A stretch of DNA of 64,000 bases from Setoptus koraiensis (lineage: Eukaryota; Animalia; Arthropoda): positions 19,220,001 to 19,284,000 of the forward strand of contig CM106586.1 of assembly GCA_048013815.1 (NCBI GenBank), given 5' to 3'. Under the pieces are notes generated by a model. That model was not told the DNA's origin, did not search any database, and saw only the letters and a list, made by a program, of their open reading frames with translations. Each line of letters starts with the position of its first letter. Within the stretch, counting starts at the first letter, position 1. Both the position numbers and the translations under genes were made by a program. This document shows positions 26,716 through 38,865 of this stretch, in pieces.

Positions 26716-28895
26716 GACCTGATGGGCGCGCACACAACCAACACACCATTAGAGACTATTACATTAGTAAGTATTAGTTGATGATTATATAATGACGTGC
26801 GCCTGTGTGCAAATGAAAGCGGCCAGCTCTGAAATCATTATTATTACCGAACAGCCGGCCCACTCACAGATTGCCATTGCCCACTGTGTGTGTGTATGCT
26901 TACGTAATAATCATTAGCCAGCTAGTGCTACCACTTGTGTGTTTGTTGTTTGTTTGTTTTTGGCCTCTGCTCGTTCAGCTTTTGCTCGAACGAGTTGACT
27001 TTGCCACTTTGCCACATAATAGATATAGATATAGCTATAAAATGATGACCATCGCCGGGTTGGTGGCGACCAGGTGAGTGCGCCGACTAACAAGTCTGTA
27101 AGTTGCACTGTTTGTGTTGACACGCAGTCACTTTTTATGCTACATCTTCTTGCGAATCCACTCAATGTGGGCCCCCCCCTCCCCGTCAGCGCCAGTCACT
27201 AGATCAGGCGTAGGACTCACTGGTCGCCACTAGTCCGGTCAGCAATCCAGTTTCAGTGGTCGCTCGCACAATGTCCGGTTTAATTCAAGGTTTCGTGTCA
27301 TCGTCATCGTGTTATCATGTCACAAGTTGGTCCGAGGCTGGAGCCAATTTGAAAATGTCTATAACAGGGCGGATACGCGATATGCTAGTGAGCGGACCCC
27401 ACCAAATGGGCACTCATGCGTATCTCCTGCACCTGTCCTCACAAGCCAGTGCCAGTAGTCGTTTCTGTCAGTGACATCGCATATTAGACAACATTACATT
27501 ACGTAATAATAATCATGGTAGAGATATGTTTGTTAGAGAAAATTGTCTCGACCAAACTTAACATTCTACCTGCATGCATGTCTGTCCGTCCGTCTGCCTG
27601 TCATATAATAAAGCTCACTAGCCGCTTCAGCAGTGGTACTAGTAGTGAATGTTGTCACTCACTGTCACATTCATCAGTCATTACAAGTTGTATCAGCGGC
27701 TCGTTACGACCCTCGATCACGTCGCTCATGCCGGCCGCAATGTCCAACCGAAATGTCAGCAACAAGTGCAACAACAACCACCATATTGCAGATCAGGTGA
27801 GTCTGGCGTCAAGCTTCGCCGGAAGTCGAACTGACACCACTGCCCAATGCATATGGCGGTTCCCGTTGTGTCATGTAGGTGTGTTATGTAACTGCTTAGG
27901 TGGGCCGTGTTGGAGTAAAAATCGATGGAACAAAATTGATTGCATAGAGAGGTCTGTTAGCTAAGAGACAGAGATAACTTATTTTTTTTTAATATTATTT
28001 CTCGTGTGCCAGTCAATTGAATCAGCCGAACAAATTAGAGCACGCAAACGTTTTCAATCAGGAGACACAAGTTGACACACACACATACCTACATTTGTAC
28101 CAACACAAACAAGCTTGAATCAAACATGGGCGACTCTCTTTGGCCAACTCATTTGCGAGTCAAGCACCCAAGAGTGAGTAACTAATATCACGCGATAGTT
28201 CCATCAACGAAAAATGTAACTGACATGGTGTTCAAACTGTCAAATCGTTATCGTTTCGTACAACAGACAAAGAGAGCCAAATAGATAGATGGTGGTTTGG
28301 CGAGTTAATATTAAAAGATTATCATCGCCGAGTGACCAAATCATGTAAAATTGCTGAAAAAAGGCAAGAAATAAAGTATAAAAAAAATTATTTAAAGCGT
28401 GCAGGCGAGCCAGTGTGAGTGTGTTCGTGTGTGAGAAAGTCAAATACATCCTTGCTTCAGAGCGTCATCAAATAATCAACTTCCACCACTCTGTACCCCA
28501 CTGGATCACACAAAAAGATGCAAGCCACGAAAGTTAGTCAACATCGTAACGAGCGATAATGATATTGAAAATTTGTTGAAAATTTAGTTGTGCAACTTTA
28601 ATTTAATTGGTGCACCACCCACAGCTCTCAACAGCAATAGGTGCACTTGTTTTTCTTTGTTAAACATGTTTGTCTTTGTTGATTGTGCAGATTAGATGGC
28701 TATTGCGTGAGGCGGCGAGACACGGCTATCATCATTAGATGCAATTATACTTGGTAGGAAAAGTGCGCGCGTAAACGTTCACTTAATTATCACTCTGCAC
28801 TTAATTTACCTTATTTTTTCTATTCTACTATCGATAGAAATCTATGTGGCAGATCGACGTGGCAGATCGATGTAGTAGATCGATGGATGTCAGGC

Positions 28896-30806
28896 CTACC
28901 AAGAGCTACCCCAGCCACCTCCGTCACTCTGTCCTCCGCTTCGTCCTCGGGAACCACCATAAGAGCCACCGCGCTGACCACCACGGTTACCTCCTGGCTG
29001 GCGGGGCTGAGGACAATCGCGACTCATGTGACCAGACTGGTTACAGTTATAACAATTTCTGTTTCCGCCGCCGCCACCACCGCCTCCATAACCGCCACCG
29101 CCTCCATAACCACCGCCTCCATAACCACCACCGCCGCCGCCACCATATCCGCCTCCCGAACGGCCTCCTCCAAAGCCGCCGCGGCCTCCACGCCTTGGCC
29201 CGCCCGCTGCCGCATCTTCGGCGTCTCTCTTAGCTTGCCACTCTTTGAAGCGTTCTGCCATGAGCACTAATGATTCGGGTATCTGCTGTTGAGTTCTGCC
29301 TAGAATGTCAACCAACTCCTGGGCATGTCTCCAATCATCGCGGGTGAAGAATGTTATAGATTTTCCTGTCCGTCCGGCACGGCCAGTTCGCCCTACACGG
29401 TGTACATACTCTTCCGGATGAGAGGGAAAATCATAATTCAATATGTAACTGTTTAGGGGAGAAAGTGATAGAGAGAGGGAGCGAGAGAAAACCTTTTTTA
29501 GTTTTAGAGAATTGGCAGGGCATGAAGAACAAAATGAGGCTCCCGGACGAGTTCCTATTCATCAAGGTTGCTCATTAAGGGCCACTTTTTGCTATCCACT
29601 TCATTGGTTTGCTTACGTTATATCGTCGATGTCCAATCCTCGAGACGCAACATCAGTTGCCACGATTATTCTGACCTCGCCGGATTTTATGTCGGCCAGA
29701 GATTGCTCACGGTCGGCTTGATCGCGATCACCATGAATGCAAGAGGCAGCAACGTTGTTTAGGGCAAATTCACTACTGATATCGTCGGCAGTGGCCTTTC
29801 TTGAAACAAATATAATGGCCTTGTCGTGCGGTTGCATAGTATTCAAAATAAAGTTATAAAGTAATTTGCGCTTCTCTTCAGCTTCAGTCATCACAATCTC
29901 TTGGGTAACCGAGCCTACGGCAGCCAGATCAAGGGTACCCACATGGACTTGCAACGGATCTTTCATGTAGCTGTTGGCTAGCCGCCGAACACCGGGCGGC
30001 CAAGTGGCGCTCATCATGACAGTGTGTCTATCTGGCCTGATGTCACACATAACTTTGCGTATTTGCGGCTCGAAGCCCATGTCAAGCATGCGATCGGCCT
30101 CGTCTAGCACCAGGTACCCAACGGCAGTTAAATCAATCACTTTGGCATAGCAGAGATCATTCAAACGACCTGGTGTGGCAATGACAATTTCTATGCCGCC
30201 ACGGAATTCTCTTATTTGGTTGTTGCGGTCACCGCCACCGTAAACACACAATGACTTGATGCCACGATAGGAATACTTTTTCGCCTCTTTGTCAATCTGT
30301 TGGGCCAATTCGCGAGTGGGTGCCAATATCAGTACAGAGGGACCTGGCCTGTCGCGTAACGGAGTGGTCTGGTGCACAATATTCAATAGTCCCGGTAGTA
30401 GGTAGGCCAATGTTTTGCCCGTGCCAGTTTGTGCTATTCCTATGAGATCTTTGCCCTGTAACAATATTGGCCAGGATTGAGACTGTATCGGCGACGGCTT
30501 CTCAAAGCCCTGGCTCTTGACCAATTGTAGAATGTCCGGATAATTGTGGAAGGCGTGTTCAAATGAAGGAGTCGGCTTAGGTATTGGAAATGTGTCCTCC
30601 TGATTAAAGTGATCACAAACGATATGATTGTTGTTTTCGCGAAACTTTTCCACCTCTTCGTCGCTCATTCGCTTCACATCGTCGTGTTCGACGTAAAATT
30701 CCTTGACCAACGGCGGCAACTTGGCCCATTTCTCCTTGGTTAATCGTTCGCTCTCTTCGTAGGCCGCCTGCCAATCTATTGGTCCCTCTTCATCGTCCCA
30801 ACCCAT
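28896..30806 (-). CDS. DDX43: DDX43/DDX53-type DEAD-box RNA helicase, 2 exons: complement(join(28896..29448,29617..30806)), 580 aa; no N-terminal KH domain, C-terminal RGG/Gly tract plus CCHC knuckle
   Basis: Motifs [48 protein letters not shown]43-like IDW...KW..LPP..K.FY and [15 protein letters not shown] 168-nt GTAAGC...AG intron joins DDIT to YILNYDFP in frame. Confidence 0.85.
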
Positions 30807-31462
30807 TTTGTGTCGGCGGGTTGGCGAGTGTGCGTAGCTGGTCTCTCAGTTGGCCAATGGCTTCACTCCAATATGTACCGATTATGATAACTTAGATATT
30901 GATTATTGTTACAAAGTTACCGTAGGTCGTGGTTGGATAATAAATGATATTTGCTGTCTTAAGGTGGCTGACTATCACTGATTGAGTAATAATTACAATT
31001 GTTGCGCGTACACACACGCATATCTCTAGTCTCTTTTAGATGAGGAGCACAATGCAACGTTTTTGAACTTTTAAATAAGTCACTCTCAGTGTGGCCAGTA
31101 GTGATCTGACAACTTAAAGATTGGCACATGATTGTCCTCACTCGTCGCAAGGAGTCCAATTGCACCCCATCTGCACTAATGTATCGTACATTTATTACGT
31201 GTATCAAAGCACGCACATGATTAGGTAATTCACAGCATCGTGTGCACGTTAGTATAGATGCGCGAGTTTCAAATGATCCTGAAAAAAAAAATCATACCAT
31301 GGATTCCATAGTGGCAACGGAACTCCAATTCCCAGATAAAGAAGAAATTATCTACCGGACACTGACAAATGCATAGAAATATGTTGCTACGCTGGAGCAA
31401 CATCCTGTATTCTTTATTTCCAATCGATCTTGATTTACGAAGTTTCAAAAAGTAAAAATCAA

Positions 31463-34300
31463 TCAATTTATCAGCACCTCCAGCTCTATCAATCTGGCGA
31501 TTGTGTCAGAAGGCATCCTATACTGTATCATACCAGAGAATGTAATCAGTGATTTGGCCTTCTGACGTATATCTTGACATTGGTGCTCACAAATCTGTAC
31601 ATTACTAGCCAATGTTATCTTGGCGCTTGTATTATGGGTGCTGGACTTTGCATCTCGGTATGAAGCGTACAACATGTTCATGGTCGCGAGTAAAATGTCT
31701 GCAATATTACGTCGAATTTCCTCTGGGTATTTAGTGAATTCTCTCGCTTTCAACTCTACTTCACTTGGAATCATGGGCAAAAGTTTCAATTTTTGTATGG
31801 TGTCCAAAGCCTCATTATACTGACTGTTATGATAATAATTGAAGAATGTCATCAGGTCCAGTAAAAGATAGAAAGTTCCTGAAATATCTCTCGGCGCATT
31901 GATTTCGGGCTCACAATATCTGTCGGCTATCTTCAGTGCCATAGTTTCCAGTCTATCGCGAGTGGACCGATCAGATTTCCTTCCTGGAACAACTTCGCTC
32001 AATAATTTGCACAAGATCTCCAGAACTTTTCCATGCTTAGATGCCAAGTCGTATATCTTAACTGCGTCCTCATATTGACCACTATTTTCACAATCTTCCG
32101 CTACTTTGCTCACTATATCGTCAACATCCTGATGGAATCTGTCAATGACACCACCAATTCGTCCAAAATCATTTATGTATCCAAGAAGATTGTCGAAGTC
32201 TTTTGTTTCGCGCACAAGTTCTGAAACATTACTCACAAAGAGATTTTCTTTGTTGGGTGTTGGACAATTTCTCAATAGGTAGAAGTAATACAATGCTTCC
32301 GTGGTGTTTGACCTCGCAAATTTCATTGTATATCTAATGATCATGCTGGTGTAATTTAAGCATCTTATGTTACCACCTGATGAATTATTTTTTGATGTCG
32401 CCTTTGATAATAATGGCAGATTGAGATAAAGATCAGGTTTGGCCAGTAAACCGAATTCATTGAGGGCAATAGCTACATGTACAGCATGACACCGGTATCT
32501 TTGGAATCTGAATAGAAACTCCACTGCAGATTCAAACTGGCCAGTCAGGAAGAGGACTTTAAAGTAAGAGTGCGGGTTCTCCTGAGCGTTAAAGTGACTT
32601 TCGCCAAGTTCTTCACTCATGAGATGTTGGAGTTGTGAAAGTGAGAATTTGTTCGCAGTAATGAACGTTTGTGATGGTAATTGAGTTGTCTTCACTGGAG
32701 TAGATTGTTGAATTGGGGGAGGATCATTCTCATGTATATAGTCCACTGTAACTTGACATAATCTCAGCCACAAGAAGTCTTCAATCCTGTCAGCGACCTC
32801 CATAAATGTAACGTCACACGAAGCCAAGGCACAATATACAGCTTTCTTATAGATGTCGTTTCCTTTGGACACGGATCTTTTATATTCCAAACGGAGTTGA
32901 TTTTCAATTTTTTGGGAAAGTCTTCTATCTTCCGTTTCTCCGTATGAACGAAGTATATCAACAAAGTCATCAGCAATATATGGAGTCGTTGATCTTTGAG
33001 CAACCTCAATAGCAGCGTCAATAAGGCCCGCTCTTAAGCAATGCCACATAAATGTCCAGACAGGATGTCCATCAACAATTCCATCGACTGATTCTGGATT
33101 GAGATTCTGTATAGAATTATTGAGAACATTCAGATTCGAAAGCCATGATGGGGATTTCAAACTTAGGAAGTTCTTAATAAGATTATATCCAGACTTAGCG
33201 TCATCGGTGACTTTACCGAAACTTCCGTAAACAGTTGTTTCGGCAAATTGTCTATACTTCTGCTCCAGTAGAATTCTTGAACTTCTTACAAAACGAACTT
33301 GAAAATTTAGACCCTGTCGTAGTTTCATTGGGTCTGTTCCTAACTTGACCGGGTCCACGGAGCTGATTAAATTGGCTACAGTATCCCAAATATCACTTAT
33401 GTTGGTCTCAACTATCTCCTTCAGTACGCCATCGATGAAAGTTTCAATAAAATCCGGACGGTACCCAGATGAAACAACCTTATCTACATGATTCATAACG
33501 CATTTGGCATACACCAACTCAATGTAGTCCATGTTTGATTTGGCCACCTTGGGGTCTACGTAATTCTGAATGGAATGTTCGATAAAAGGTGACGTGGAGG
33601 TGGCGTTGAACGAAAATCTGGAAGCATCTGGTTGTTTGGCTGATACACTATACATTGACATGTCATGACCATTGGCGGTCGGTGAGAACATGTTGCCAGC
33701 GGTTGTTGCGCGCCCAAACTCTTGCTGAGATCTGTTCAGGGTAGAAGAGGTCACTGGTAGTCCTTGAGTAATGTCGAAGTCATCAAGATCTTGATTGGGG
33801 CCAACGATGGCGTTAAGTAGCTCTAATTTCATTTGTTCCCATTCTCTTTCAACAGTATGCCAAAATTGTTTGTCAACTTGTTCTTTGCTAATGTCTTTGG
33901 TATCTTCAATGACTTGTAGAATGGCATTCTCGCGTTCGTTCTTTAGAAAACCAAGAACGTCTGTTTCCCTAAGCGCAGGCTCCTTTATTTGAGCAGAAAT
34001 TGCTGTAGATTGTTTGAGGCCCCTTGAGACAAGACTGTCTAGATTTCTCGATACTTTTTGTAGGTCATATCCGCTGCTGCTGCCTAATAAAATGGAGGCG
34101 CGCACATCAGAAACATCTCTGCTGGCATTCATGGACGTTCTAGTCCATAATTGATTGCAAGCCTCTAACAACTGTGGCAGATTTCTTTTGACACGTGGCA
34201 TTTCGAGATCTTTGTTAACTTCGGCTGACAATTGCTCAGCCTGATATAGAAGATCGTCGAATCCTGTGTTGTGGGCTGGTGTGGTATCCATTTCGTCCAT
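31463..34300 (-). CDS. Nup93: Nuclear pore protein Nup93, intronless; ATG at 34300 or 34291 (the ORF-track start at 34324 is TTG)
   Basis: N-terminal GFDDLLYQAEQL..E.....MPRVKRNL, GHPVWTFMWHCLRAG, IEDFLWLRL, YFKVLFLTGQFESAVEFL; C-terminal KAKSLITFSGMIQYRMPSDTIARLIELEVLIN. Confidence 0.93.
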   Translation of the reverse strand: MDEMDTTPAHNTGFDDLLYQAEQLSAEVNKDLEMPRVKRNLPQLLEACNQLWTRTSMNASRDVSDVRASILLGSSSGYDLQKVSRNLDSLVSRGLKQSTAISAQIKEPALRETDVLGFLKNERENAILQVIEDTKDISKEQVDKQFWHTVEREWEQMKLELLNAIVGPNQDLDDFDITQGLPVTSSTLNRSQQEFGRATTAGNMFSPTANGHDMSMYSVSAKQPDASRFSFNATSTSPFIEHSIQNYVDPKVAKSNMDYIELVYAKCVMNHVDKVVSSGYRPDFIETFIDGVLKEIVETNISDIWDTVANLISSVDPVKLGTDPMKLRQGLNFQVRFVRSSRILLEQKYRQFAETTVYGSFGKVTDDAKSGYNLIKNFLSLKSPSWLSNLNVLNNSIQNLNPESVDGIVDGHPVWTFMWHCLRAGLIDAAIEVAQRSTTPYIADDFVDILRSYGETEDRRLSQKIENQLRLEYKRSVSKGNDIYKKAVYCALASCDVTFMEVADRIEDFLWLRLCQVTVDYIHENDPPPIQQSTPVKTTQLPSQTFITANKFSLSQLQHLMSEELGESHFNAQENPHSYFKVLFLTGQFESAVEFLFRFQRYRCHAVHVAIALNEFGLLAKPDLYLNLPLLSKATSKNNSSGGNIRCLNYTSMIIRYTMKFARSNTTEALYYFYLLRNCPTPNKENLFVSNVSELVRETKDFDNLLGYINDFGRIGGVIDRFHQDVDDIVSKVAEDCENSGQYEDAVKIYDLASKHGKVLEILCKLLSEVVPGRKSDRSTRDRLETMALKIADRYCEPEINAPRDISGTFYLLLDLMTFFNYYHNSQYNEALDTIQKLKLLPMIPSEVELKAREFTKYPEEIRRNIADILLATMNMLYASYRDAKSSTHNTSAKITLASNVQICEHQCQDIRQKAKSLITFSGMIQYRMPSDTIARLIELEVLIN

Positions 34301-34819
34301 GATGTCTTGAGGTAAAAAATTCAACCTCGATTGTATATCTGGTGGATAATTGTAACAACTAATCTTATGATAGATCCAATAATTTATTCACTAATTATGA
34401 TGATAGTCCAATAGTACCCGGGGGGATTTATATAAAATATGGTCGCCGGTCGTGTGTAAAGTCGGACTAGAATTGCATGCTGTGCCGTTGATGCTAATGC
34501 GTGAGATGTAGCATACTCACCAAATTTAGACGTTGCTTTTACCCTAAGCACATGTTCCGTACATGAAATTTTTTCGCCGCGTAACGGACAAATTTTGTAC
34601 TATTGTAAGAAGTCATTTTCATGAACCTAAGCTCACCATATCCAGTGGGCTCGTGCACGAAAACATTGTTCAGTGGTACATCCTATACTGTCAATGTGTG
34701 AAAGCCTCCAATAGTCTGTTCGATAACCATGTGGTAGCTGACTAAAACACTCGTGTTCGCTTTGGTATCATCATGATGTAAACCCAGCTTAAATATATAG
34801 AACAAGCTAATTCTTATTG

Positions 34820-35422
34820 ATGGCCATGTTGAACAAAATTTTTCAGTTAGCCGTGCCTAAGAGGTCGATAGTGGCCAAATTTGTGGCCGTATCCCCTCCA
34901 ACCATTTCAAACACTCTTCTAGAGTGTCCGACACATCTCATTTGTCATTCTAGACCGGGATCTACCAAAGTAAACTTATTTGGAATCAATTTTGACAGAA
35001 GAATCAAAGTGAACTACGAAGAGAGCATTAAGTATATGGAGTCACAGGCATACAAAAAAACTTATTCTGGTAATATTGTGTGGAAATTATACAGAAGAAA
35101 TATAAAAGGGCAAACTCCAAAAATGAAGACCAGACCGAGTTGTATCAATGACGAAGGGTTCATAAATACCTCCTACCCGTGTCCCATTTGTCGGGATGAG
35201 TATCTAGTCCTCCATCGCGAGAACGCCAAATTGCTTGAGCAATTCTTAAATCCTTATACAGGCGAAATTTATCAACCCAAAGTAACTGGTTTGTGCCAGA
35301 AACAGCACAGAAATCTGGTTATATCAATAATTCAAGCAAAAGATTATGGATACATCACATACCCCGTGCCAGAAAGATTATACAACTACTCTGACTACTT
35401 TGATGTAGATGTCAATGGCTAG
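34820..35422 (+). CDS. mRpS18B: Mitochondrial ribosomal protein S18B (mS40), intronless, divergent from Nup93
   Basis: YMESQAYKKTY...VWKLYRRN.KGQ, TRPSCI, PCPICRDEYLVLHRENAKLLEQF..PYTG, TGLCQKQH. Confidence 0.9.
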   Translation: MAMLNKIFQLAVPKRSIVAKFVAVSPPTISNTLLECPTHLICHSRPGSTKVNLFGINFDRRIKVNYEESIKYMESQAYKKTYSGNIVWKLYRRNIKGQTPKMKTRPSCINDEGFINTSYPCPICRDEYLVLHRENAKLLEQFLNPYTGEIYQPKVTGLCQKQHRNLVISIIQAKDYGYITYPVPERLYNYSDYFDVDVNG

Positions 35423-35607
35423 CGATACGTAGTAAGTAATAAAATGTTAATGAAAGGACACAATCTAAAATTAATGTTTATGAAATCACTTTATAAGTTT
35501 TCTCATATCGATTCTCGATAATATGAGAAGTATATATCCATTGAATACGATAAAATTACATCTAAAGTTTGGTAGTGCTGGCGGTTATAATGTTATTTTT
35601 CTGGATC

Positions 35608-38600
35608 TCAGGAGCTTTGATGTTGCTTCTGGTTGATTGCGCTATTTCCTGATGAAATTGCCGGTTTGCTTGAGCTAGTTCTATTATTACTAGATGCAAT
35701 GCTAACTCCACTAGAATTGCCAGTTGCATTATTGGGTACACTACTTGGCGCATTAGAGGCTGATGCAGTAGTGGGTGCAGTTCCAGCTGCAGTGTTCGTC
35801 GCAACGCTAGGTACAGCACTAGGTGCATTGCCAGTCGTCGTACTCACTGAAGCACTTGCTGAAGCATTCGATGCAGAATTACTGGCACCACCGCTGGGTG
35901 GCTGAGGGCGATTTGGTACTCTATGAGTTCTCATGTTTTTCCTGGTGTCTCCTCCCCTGCTGGAGTGGTAAAGGTCGCGTCGCTTAGGCTGATCGCCCCT
36001 GTCTCTGATAAATCTCCTGTTGTCGTTACGATGACCTCTGCTATCCCTATCATCACGCTCCTTGTCATTTCGCGTCCGGTGATTTTCTTTGGCTTCGATG
36101 CTGTTGTTGGTCTTGTTTGCAGGGGGATTCGTTGTTCCAGCATTACTCTTCACTGCAGCCTCATCCTGCTTCACAGTATTGATAGTTTTACTGATAGTAT
36201 TATTATTATTGGCTGTAGTGTTAGATTTAGCCGTTTCTGAGGTTCTAGGTCCAGATGTTGTTGCTGCAGCCGCGAGAGCTGCTTTTCTCTTGTCATCCTG
36301 TTCAACCTCTGCCGCCCAATCTGTAATTGGTTGAGGATTGACACGAGATTGACTTTTGACATTATTACTGGAGTTTCCAGAATTAGCTTCGCCTTGGGTT
36401 TTCTCAGAGTTGGCAGAGTGTTGCGTTCGGGATGGCTGAGATCTAGATTCGCCATGTCGTTTGGGTGAAATATCTCGCTTGGGCTTGGGAGGATTGTAAG
36501 CTGTCTTATTGCCTGCTACAGATATATTGTTGCTCCTCATGTTATCGTTTCCACTATTGCGGCGGTTATCACGTGCATTATTGTTTACTGTGACAGACTT
36601 TGATGGATTTCGTGGAAATCCATCTTTTTCCAAATAAACAGGCCGATTCTCAGAATTCATACGATTACCACGATTATACACTCCTGGATTTGCCTTTGGT
36701 CCGTAAGAGCCCTGATTGTTATACTGATTTGATTCAGAAAATTGACGATCAGAGCTTTTAGTGTAGGGAACAGTGCTCATGTTCTTAAGTTGGTGAAACA
36801 TTTCTTGATTTCCTTTACGCAATGAGTCCAGTTCTAATAGGTGATTAATATGATAGTCTAGCAATATTTGAGCATTGCCAACAGCCTCAGCCGTACCTAC
36901 GAACACAAATGGTACATTTTCACGAATATCGTTTTCAGTATCCCCTTCGATCTTTACTCGATTGACACCAGACTTATCAACTATCTCTTGTATCACTGTG
37001 CCAAATTTACCAATGACTTTTCCAATGAGTGGACGCGGAACCTCAATAGTGCACTCAGCATATTCTAATAGAGCTCTTGCCTTGAGACAGGCCTCTTGGC
37101 TAGTAGCGCTAACATGGAAGGTATCATTGTCTTCGTATATCTCCATGACACCATTTATCTGACGTGCTTTCTGAATGTTCTGACCGTGAGCTCCTATTGC
37201 TAGTCCCATAAGATGACTTGGTACCTTGAATTCGACAGTACATAGACGATTTGAGGAGAAATGTGATGGGTTTCCGTCCATAGTGCCCATATTGTGACTG
37301 CCTCCAGGCATTCCAGCGATTCGAGTAGATTCCAATTTTTTGGCTACCTCCTCTGCTTTTTCAAGCAAAGCAATTTTCTGTCTTAGATTCCTAAAATGCA
37401 TCTCACACAACATTGATGATTTCTTTTCCATTGCTAGTAATTCAGCCTTTTTATCACGAGAAGGTAAAGGTGGACAATAACCGATTACAGTCAAAACACC
37501 GACAGATGAACTGTTATAGCGAACAGCTATAGCACACAATGATTGCCTAAATTGCTTATGAGTTTCAGACTTGGATAAAGAGCTAGTATTTAATTCCAAC
37601 AACTCCTTGGGAACGTGTATATCAAATTTGAAGAATGGATTGGACGAAGTGAGTAGTGGATGTGGATTTTTCAATCTTATCCTGTCACTGGGGACAATCT
37701 GATCTCCGTGCGGATGGTATGGATGGTTAACTGCGGCAACTATTGGAGGATTTGTGTGCGTCATGTGGTTGGGCTTTACAGCAAATAATTCGCCTCTTAT
37801 GTATCTGACATAGCCTGGCCACCAACCTGGTGACTCTTGCTTATCCTCAAGTTGAAATTCAACTTCCATGCCTTCAGTGATGGTTGATGTAAGAGATTGC
37901 TGTTGTGTAGACTGAGAATCATTTGTTCGATTATGATGTGGATTGCTATTATTACTAGTTGTATCTGGTGTAGCTGATTGATTTTGATCCTGCTGATGAC
38001 TGCTACCATTAACTAAATTGGTGTTGATGGTATTCGTATTAGATGTAGAGCAAACAGCTGAATTATTATTACTACTAGTATTTTTGGTATAGTGATTATC
38101 GGGCGGTGGTAGCCTAATACGCGATAAAGGATATCTAGCTGTAGGTTGCCAACTATTCTCAAATTCCAATGTAACCTCAACCATGTTAGAAGATAGATGC
38201 TCATTTGCAAAAAGTGGTTGATTCAGGTTCGAAATCATGGCAACATTATGTTGTTTTGGTTTGTTAATTAACGATCCAACGGCATCCATTAAGTGGTGTT
38301 GCTGGTTATGGGCTTGACTTGAGGAAGACACAGGGGCCCTCAATGCTGCTGAGTTATCTTGTGTCGTTGCATTATTAGCGCCGGCCATATTGGCAGTACC
38401 AACGGACTGGCTGTTTGTCGCTCTAGTCATATTAATACTGTTTATGTGATTCATAAAATGCGCTGATGTAGCCGAACTGACAGGCGGCGGCGGTTGCTGA
38501 CCAACAGCTTGCTGAGAACGCGAACTAACTGAATTGTTAGTGGAAGCTGTAGTATGATTCAACTGATTCATAGAAGCCACTGGAGCATTTGCGCCATGGT

Positions 38601-38865
38601 GGTGTTGTTGCTGATGGTGATGCGACTGATGATGATGTTGCTGATTGACAGGGCCTGTAGAGGAGGATGGGGAAGCCGCGGAGAGTACGTTCGCTGAAGC
38701 GGGCGAAGATAACTGTATTGACTGCTGTGTTGAAGCGCCGGCGTTTAATGCCTTAGGCTCATGTATGTCCATGATGTGTGCCCTGTAAAAGGCTCCATTG
38801 TCCCAGAGAACCTCAACAATACCTTCCTTAAAAAGCTCAGGTAGCGCTTGGTACTCGATGTTCAT
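35608..38865 (-). CDS. Fmr1: Fragile X RNA-binding protein family member, intronless, 1085 aa
   Basis: Agenet1 [20 protein letters not shown]...[11 protein letters not shown], Agenet2 EGMEVEF...[15 protein letters not shown]1 [19 protein letters not shown]2 [25 protein letters not shown]-like [16 protein letters not shown]. Confidence 0.92.
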   Translation of the reverse strand: MNIEYQALPELFKEGIVEVLWDNGAFYRAHIMDIHEPKALNAGASTQQSIQLSSPASANVLSAASPSSSTGPVNQQHHHQSHHHQQQHHHGANAPVASMNQLNHTTASTNNSVSSRSQQAVGQQPPPPVSSATSAHFMNHINSINMTRATNSQSVGTANMAGANNATTQDNSAALRAPVSSSSQAHNQQHHLMDAVGSLINKPKQHNVAMISNLNQPLFANEHLSSNMVEVTLEFENSWQPTARYPLSRIRLPPPDNHYTKNTSSNNNSAVCSTSNTNTINTNLVNGSSHQQDQNQSATPDTTSNNSNPHHNRTNDSQSTQQQSLTSTITEGMEVEFQLEDKQESPGWWPGYVRYIRGELFAVKPNHMTHTNPPIVAAVNHPYHPHGDQIVPSDRIRLKNPHPLLTSSNPFFKFDIHVPKELLELNTSSLSKSETHKQFRQSLCAIAVRYNSSSVGVLTVIGYCPPLPSRDKKAELLAMEKKSSMLCEMHFRNLRQKIALLEKAEEVAKKLESTRIAGMPGGSHNMGTMDGNPSHFSSNRLCTVEFKVPSHLMGLAIGAHGQNIQKARQINGVMEIYEDNDTFHVSATSQEACLKARALLEYAECTIEVPRPLIGKVIGKFGTVIQEIVDKSGVNRVKIEGDTENDIRENVPFVFVGTAEAVGNAQILLDYHINHLLELDSLRKGNQEMFHQLKNMSTVPYTKSSDRQFSESNQYNNQGSYGPKANPGVYNRGNRMNSENRPVYLEKDGFPRNPSKSVTVNNNARDNRRNSGNDNMRSNNISVAGNKTAYNPPKPKRDISPKRHGESRSQPSRTQHSANSEKTQGEANSGNSSNNVKSQSRVNPQPITDWAAEVEQDDKRKAALAAAATTSGPRTSETAKSNTTANNNNTISKTINTVKQDEAAVKSNAGTTNPPANKTNNSIEAKENHRTRNDKERDDRDSRGHRNDNRRFIRDRGDQPKRRDLYHSSRGGDTRKNMRTHRVPNRPQPPSGGASNSASNASASASVSTTTGNAPSAVPSVATNTAAGTAPTTASASNAPSSVPNNATGNSSGVSIASSNNRTSSSKPAISSGNSAINQKQHQSS

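Noticed and set aside
27519-27533. AGATATGTTTG resembling the 5' end of miR-190
   Set aside because: The match stops after ~11 nt, I see no hairpin, and there is no talin host gene.
6980-28437. Su(H) sites YGTGRGAA at 6980, 14331, 22938 and 28430
   Set aside because: About three are expected by chance in 26 kb on both strands, and they are not paired or clustered.
3210-28449. Numerous 60-220 aa ORFs in the desert, including 12739..13365 and 14515..15171
   Set aside because: Explained by GC-rich, stop-poor DNA and tandem repeats. Overlapping frames on both strands and no recognisable domains.
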